From NCBI RefSeq assembly GCF_006345805.1, contig NW_021835302.1, positions 1 to 41,583 of the forward strand: a DNA stretch of 41,583 nucleotides, in the 5' to 3' direction. The notes below the pieces were generated by a model, which was not told where the DNA came from, ran no database searches, and was given only the letters and a program-made list of their open reading frames with translations. The position numbers and the translations under genes are program-made. The stretch's first letter is position 1; every line of letters begins with the position of its first letter. This DNA comes from Octopus sinensis. Taxonomy: Eukaryota. This document shows, one piece after another, positions 35,130 through 41,583 of the stretch.

Positions 35130-35879
35130 ATATTTAAATTTGAGAGAACTATAAATATGGCTTTGGAAATAAAGTTATGAAAAGCAAACAGACAAAACAA
35201 GAGAACCGAACAGGGAAAATAGAATTCATAAAGTTAAAATTTCTGCAAAAGCAAATACGACAAAAACAAACTGCACAAAACAAAACAAAACAAAACAAAA
35301 CAAAAAGAAAAAACCTGAAATAAATCACGGAAATTTTCCCAGAATTTCATAAAAGAACATACAAGTTGAACAAGCTTCATTGAATTTCAAGAGAATCATA
35401 TTCTCTTCGACTCCATTTAACAAACAAAGAAGATTAATTTGGTTCTGTATCTATTTCATGGATAGCTTTTTTCTTTCTTTCTTTCTTTCTTTCTTCACCC
35501 CCCCTCCTCCTCCATTCCAAGACATAATTCAAACGGTTTTACATCGTTTTGTTATTTAGCGTTTGGAATCAGTTTTAATTTTCTCGTTGCATCTTTAGAG
35601 AAGAGGGGGTTAGCGAAGGATGGATTATCTAAAAGTTGGAGAAAAAAAAAAAAAAAAAAAAAAAAAGTCCCCCCCCCCCACCACCACCACTGCTGTCACT
35701 GCCTCCTCCCTGCCCACCCGCACCCCACTCCGGCAAAATCATAAAATGACAACGTGAAAAAATGGTTTGCATAAAAGACAGGTTGTTTTTATGGCATCGG
35801 TGGAATTAAAATAAGTATGGGCATGTTTATTGCGTGTGTCTGTTCGCATTCGTATATATGTCTGGCTGAGCGTGTGCGC

Positions 35880-35900
<21 letters not shown>
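35130..35900 (-). promoter_or_regulatory. Candidate upstream promoter / non-coding first exon
   Basis: Unique sequence with a GC/CpG-richer patch at 35667-35890 and a donor tat|GTAAGT at 35129. No ORF. Confidence 0.25.
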
Positions 35901-35917
<17 letters not shown>

Positions 35918-36128
35918 CTGTAATAAGCATGCTTGTGTCTACGTCTTCTGCGTATGTGTTACTCTTCAGTTGAATAGGAATAAATCATGAGGAATACACA
36001 TCTTGGCAGACATTCTATAAACCTGCGTTTACAATTTGCTTTGTGTGTGCAGAAATGTCAAGAGGAATTCATACATACATGGACATAAATTTTCATCTAC
36101 AGTATTCAGGTATATTATAACATCATAC

Positions 36129-36163
<35 letters not shown>

Positions 36164-36218
36164 CTGTATGTTATATATGTTGTGTGTGTGTGTGTGTTGT
36201 GTATGTAATTTATCTATA

Positions 36219-36254
<36 letters not shown>

Positions 36255-36267
36255 ATACACGCACACA

Positions 36268-36302
<35 letters not shown>

Positions 36303-36891
36303 TTATGCATATATATATATAAGTATATGTATATCTATATATATATATGTGTGTGGTGGTGTGTATGTATATATGTGTGTGTATATATAATATATATATC
36401 TATGCATATGCATATCTATAAATGTGCATGTGTGAATATATATATATGTATATATATATATTTATACATATATAATATATATATATCCATGTATATACAT
36501 ATAGATGTACATATATGCATATGTATGCATGTATGTATACATATGTATGTGTGTGTTTATATATACACATATATACACACACACATATATATAAAAGTAT
36601 ATGCATGTGTGTGCATATATATATATATATTCCTCTCTTCATGACAACTGCTCCTCTCTCCCTCTCTCCCTATCATAGCTTCTCATTCCTCCAGTCTGTA
36701 CCCAGCTCAGTTGAGGAGTTTTATCTTGCAGGTACTTGGTGACCTCACTGGTGCTGGTGCCACAAAGAAAGGGTGCAGTACACTCTGCAGCAAATTGGTA
36801 GGTGTTAAGAAGGGCATCCAGCTGTAGAAACCCTACCAAAGTAGTCACAGAACCTGATGGAGCCCTTTAGCTCACCTGTTCTCATTGAACC

Positions 36892-37099
36892 TATTTCTTT
36901 ACTACCCACAAGGGGCTAAACACAGAGATTAAGTCGATTATATCGACCCCAGTGCGAAACTGGTACTTTATTTATCGACCCCGAAAGGATGAAAAGCAAA
37001 GTTGACCTCAGCGGAATTTGAACTTAGAACGTAGCGGCAGACGAAATACCGCTAAGCATTTCGCCCAGCGTGCTAACGTTTCTGCCAGCTTGCCGCCTT
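36892..37099 (-). mobile_element. SINE family B nested in a family-E element
   Basis: TSD CATTGAACC at 36883-36891 and 37100-37108. Confidence 0.85.
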
Positions 37100-37167
37100 C
37101 ATTGAACCGTCCAACCCCTCACCAACATGAAAAACAGGACCGATGATGAAGAGGATATATATATATA

Positions 37168-37450
37168 CTGGGTGCAGTGAAAAAATTGTCGCCTAAATTA
37201 CAGATTGCACTCTCCTCAGATTGACATCAAAACACTCTGAAATGTTCATATTGGAGCTTCTGGGCATGAATGCCAAGCATGTTGTTTCCAAATTTCTGGG
37301 CATGAGTGAATTGCATCATGGTGCTATTTTTCTCACAGACTGTGCCCAACTGACCCTACTATACTGTGTTGTTGACAAAATCAAAAACAAACAATGCATA
37401 TGCATGAAAGTAAAAATATAAAATCGCAACACTTTACCCATCACACCCTG
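37168..37450. mobile_element. Degenerate Tc1/mariner-type MITE
   Basis: TA-CTGGGTG... / ...CACCCTG-TA ends, imperfect. Confidence 0.45.
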
Positions 37451-37865
37451 TATATATGTATGTATATATGACCAACCAATCTCTCTTTGTTCATCAGATG
37501 TAATATATCAAGAATCAAATGACCTAACAACATCATCATCATTGTCATCCTCATTTAACGTCTGTTGTCCATGCTGGCATGGGTTGGATGGTTTGATTGG
37601 GCTGGCATACTGGAAGGCTGCACCAGACAGACTCCGGTCTTTTTTTTTTTTCAAATGAGGTTTGATTTAAGGGGAATTCAGCCACTATTTTTTTGCAGCA
37701 AGAGTAATTTTTAAACTAAAAAAAAATAATAGTAATTCAAAATAAGATCAAATATAGAAAATGTCAACCTCAGTGAAGTTTGAACTCAGGACACAGAGTA
37801 GTGTAGTTTACTACAGCAGGGTATGTTTTCTCCATTGTTCTACAGTTGCTGTCAACTTACAGGTT

Positions 37866-38280
37866 TACTCTCTCTTTTACTCTCTTTTACTTGTTTCAGT
37901 CATTTGACTGCAGCCATGCTGGGAGCACCGCCTTTATCGAGCAAATCGACTCCGGGACTTATTCTTTGTAAGCCCAGTACTTATTCTATCGGTCTCTTTT
38001 GCCGAACCGCTAAGTGACGGGGACGTAAACACCACCAGCATCGGTTGTCAAGCAATGCTAGGGAGACAAAAACAGACACACAAACATACACACACATACA
38101 CATATATATATATATACATATACACAGGCTTCTTTCAGTTTCTGTCTACCAAATCCACTCACAAGGCATTGGTCGGCCCGGGCTATCAGAAGACACTTGC
38201 CCAGATGCCACGCAGTGGGACTGAACCCGGAACCATGTGGTTGGTTAGCAAGCTACTTACCACACAGCCACTCCTGCGCC
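37866..38280 (-). mobile_element. SINE family A
   Basis: Full length, reverse. Further partial copies at ~740-860, 2719-2822, 13440-13640, 13985-14130, 16205-16415, 16818-16955, 21415-21570, 22245-22460, 26801-27040, 27837-27957 and 39755-39860. Confidence 0.85.
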
Positions 38281-38854
38281 TATTTGATGCAGTTTTTTAA
38301 AAAAAAAAAAAGAAAAAAAAAGGGAGGGTACCTTATTTTATGTCAGTTGTGTGTTACCTTTCAACAAGTGGTTTGTGCATATAGCACCCCTACCCCACCC
38401 ACCCACATCCACCACAATAAACCTCATAAAGAGGAAATATTACCAAACTTCCCGTCTTCCTTCCAGTTTATTATCTTCGTCGACAGTCATAACGCACGAA
38501 ACATTTCTCTTTAAATAACTTTCACAATAATATTTCAAAAACTTGATAACGCAGTCATACGTAGACAGAGTATATTACAAAGTATGTGTGTGTGTATATG
38601 AATATATATATGTGTGCGTGTGTGTGTATAAATGTGTGTGTGTGTGTGCAGTCAATAATGTCATCAGTTATAGATTTCCAATGATCTAATCACAGTTTAC
38701 ACTGTGTTTCCAATGGCAAGAGTGATGAGGGAGTGTCTGAGTAAGTTCAAGCACAATAAGCAACACAAGGCATCTTGGGGTCGATGTATCAATTTCTTGC
38801 TGACGTGTAAAACTTTGTGACCCATAAACACTCACACACACAGACGTACACATA

Positions 38855-39603
38855 CATGCCAGATTGTGTTGAAAAGTTCCTGGCTTTGGGGAAAAAAAAA
38901 CATATTCCCCTCTCAGATTCACACATTTATTGCAGCAGTCCTTCAGTTTTTCTAAGCCCTGTAAAAGAACTCGAAATGTTGGGCCTCCAACCAGGCCTTT
39001 CGTGACACCCTGGTCTTACTTATTGCAATGGTCCTTCAGTTTTTCTAAGCCCTGTAAAAGAACTCGAAATGTTGGGCCTCCAACCAGGCCTTTCGTGACA
39101 CCCTGGTCTTACTTATTGCAATGGTCCTTCAGTTTTTCTAAGCCCTGTAAAAGAACTCGAAATGTTGGGCCTCCAACCAGGCCTTTCATGACACCCCCCT
39201 GGTCTTACTTATTGCAATGGTCCTTCAGTTTTTCTAAGCCCTGTAAAAGAACTCGAAATGTTGGGCCTCCAACCAGGCCTTTCGTGACACCCTGGTCTTA
39301 CTTATTGCAATGGTCCTTCAGTTTTTCTAAGCCCTGTAAAAGAACTCGAAATGTTGGGCCTCCAACCAGGCCTTTCGTGACACCCTGGTCTTACTTATTG
39401 CAATGGTCCTTCAGTTTTTCTAAGCCCTGTAAAAGAACTCGAAATGTTGGGCCTCCAACCAGGCCTTTCGTGACACCCTGGTCTTACTTATTGCAGCAGT
39501 CCTTCAGTTTTTCTAAGCCCTGTAAAAGAACTTGCAATGATGGGCCTCCAACCAGGCCTTTTGTGATTCTCTTAAAATCAAGAACTTTCCAGCATGCTTT
39601 TCT
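38855..39603 (-). mobile_element. Internally deleted mariner element with a 93-bp internal tandem array (~6.9 copies, 38927-39567)
   Basis: TIR cores TGTTGAAAAGTTCCTGGCTTT / AAAATCAAGAACTTTCCAGCA. The minus strand encodes the mariner C-terminus AWLEAQ..FF.QGLEKLKD.CNK(CVNLRGEYV). Confidence 0.8.
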
Positions 39604-39924
39604 ACCTATGCAGACACACACACAACTAGCTTCCATGCAGTTCCTGTGAACCGGATTTTTACTCCATGACATTAGTTAACATCACTTTATTCAGGAAGAT
39701 ACTTGCTTAAGGGACCATGCTGCAGAGTCAAACTAGACCCAGATGGGTCTTAATTACACAACCTTGGGCAAGAGTTTTCTACAATAGCCTCGGGCTGACC
39801 AAAGCCTTGTGAGTGGATTTGGTAGACGGAAACTGAAAGAAGCCCATCATATATATATATGGTTGCATTCAAATGACAAAAACCAAGCAAAAGAATAAAA
39901 GAACAAAGGAATAACACCAAAGTC

Positions 39925-40835
39925 AGGTCAGATGGGGGTTGGTATATGCCCCTGCTTGGGTTGCTCTAGGAAACCCTCCAAGCATTGTCCCTGTTAGTCC
40001 CCATCTCTGCAAAATACTTCTTCATCTGCAGCGACCATGTGGCATGTGGTTGACCAATATGAGCTGTCAACCCAACTGGATCCTTAGTGAAGAGAACACA
40101 GTAAGCAGGGTCTTAGTCAGAAGATCAAGTAGCATGGCCGAACAGCCTGGGCTGGGCTCCCAAATCAGACAAGTAACAGGACTCTTCTTAGTTTCTGAGT
40201 AGAGTTGTTCGTTGAATACGAAATCCAACCAATGGTAATCCATAACCTTGCAAAGAGTCCTGGTACCCACTAGCGTAGCTGGGGGAGGGTGCACTAGGAG
40301 TAGTCCACCCTGGGTGACACTTTTAAAGGGGTGGCATTTTTGGGTCTGCTGTAGGCAATATGTGTTTTTGTGGGGTCCAGGAGCAGCAAACTGAAGGGCC
40401 GACCCGGGTGGCACACACTTTAGCCCGGGTACACAGAGCTGGTACCAAAGGAGCTCAAGGTGGCTCCCAAAAGCACCCAGACAGTGTCCAAGTCTCACAA
40501 CTATAGAACAAGACAGGAGGACCAGAGACTTAAGAACCCAAACCTTTGTCTTCTGCACAAAGACCCATCAAATACAGTCCCAGTCAGTCCCTATCTGCAC
40601 AAGATACCACTTCATCTGCTGCAACCATGTGCATGTGGTTGACCACATAGCCATCACCCAGCCGGATCCTCAGTGAAGAGAACTCAACAAGCAGGATCGA
40701 CTCAGAAATCAAGCAACATGGCCAAGCATTGTGAACCGGGGCTTCCAAATCATACAAGTGACAGGACACATCCCAGTTTCTGAGTAAAGTTGATGGTTTG
40801 ATATGAAATCCGACCAATAGTAACCCATAATCCTA
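39925..40835 (-). mobile_element. Two stacked, decayed RTE-clade LINE 3' fragments
   Basis: Frameshifted TKVWVLKSLV...ETWTLS...FGTRTLCKVMDYHWLDFVFNEQLYSET motifs. A ~270-bp segment is present twice (~39985-40250 and ~40570-40835); TGACCTGAC 3' end. Confidence 0.75.
40268..40438. mobile_element. 171-bp insertion with an 8-bp TSD (hAT-like MITE)
   Basis: CTGGTACC at 40260-40267 and 40439-40446. Removing the insert restores the RTE reading FGTRTLCKV. TIRs are degenerate. Confidence 0.65.
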
Positions 40836-40887
40836 TTTCGCATAAAACTACAAATTATATAGAATTTAACAGGACAGTTAAAACTCT

Positions 40888-41265
40888 GTGGAGGTGCAAT
40901 AGCCCAGTGGTTAGGGCAGCGGACTCGCGGTCATAGGATTGCGGTTTCGATTCCCAGACCAGGCGTTGTGAGTGTTTATTGAGCGAAAACACCTAAAGCT
41001 CACGAGGCTCTGGCAGGGATGGTGTGTGCCCTGCTGTACTCTTTCAACCAACTTTCTCTCACTCTTACTTCCTGTTTCTGTGGTACCTGTATTTCAAGGG
41101 GCCGGCCTTGTCACTCTCTGTGTCACGCTGAATATCCCCGAGACTACGTTAAGGTGCACGTGTCTGTGGAGTGCTCAGCCACTTACACACTTTAATTCAC
41201 GAGCAGGCTGTTCCGTTGATTCGGATCACCGGAACCCTCGTCGTCGTAACCGACGGAGTGCTTCC
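40888..41265 (+). mobile_element. tRNA-derived SINE family C
   Basis: tRNA-like head GCCCAGTGGTTAGGGCAGCGGACTCGCGG...GGTTTCGATTCCC; 3' half shared with family D. Confidence 0.8.
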
Positions 41266-41583
41266 ATCCATCATCAGTTAAACCTGTGAACATGGTGAGA
41301 GAAAACGAATTTGAGGAAGAGAAGAAGCATAGGTTTTTGAATATCAGTTGAAAATGGAGAGATTAGATGCTGATTTCAGCTGAATATTATAGAATATGGG
41401 TGAATATAAGGTTAAACTCTCAGGTCACAATTGTTATTGAATCAAATTTCTAACTTAGCAAACTCTGACCTAGATGTGTTCGAATTAACTTGAGAATGTT
41501 TACATTAGAGTCCATTAGATTAATAATATTTATTTTTGCATGATTTGGGTAAAGTAAATTTTTAAGTTAGAGAGAGAGAGAGC

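Noticed and set aside
40888-40965. tRNA gene
   Set aside because: No proper acceptor stem, and it continues into a SINE body.

Overview
AT-rich, microsatellite-dense eukaryotic DNA. The repeat families look coleoid (Octopus-like); this is my recognition, not a database match. There are no prokaryotic genes, CRISPR arrays or intact RNA genes, and nearly all entries in the ORF track are microsatellite or repeat artefacts. The window reads as mostly intron of an unidentified minus-strand gene. It has one well-supported 294-nt exon (30715-31008), a probable alternative first coding exon with a CpG-rich promoter (7901-8105), and a few weaker exon candidates. The rest is a dense TE landscape: several tRNA-derived SINE families, three non-autonomous Helitrons, piggyBac-like and Tc1/mariner MITEs, R4/Dong and RTE LINE 3' ends, and Penelope-like remnants. 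The most notable items are: (i) minimal hammerhead-ribozyme-like motifs, including an A6U core variant in three copies and motifs in fold-back arms; (ii) a ~100-nt almost fully paired hairpin at 5180-5279; (iii) repeated local tandem amplification of TE sub-modules (mariner C-terminus x7, retroposon 66-mer x14.5, SINE body x3, MITE body x4); (iv) many closely spaced inverted SINE pairs. Boundaries of degenerate repeats are approximate.
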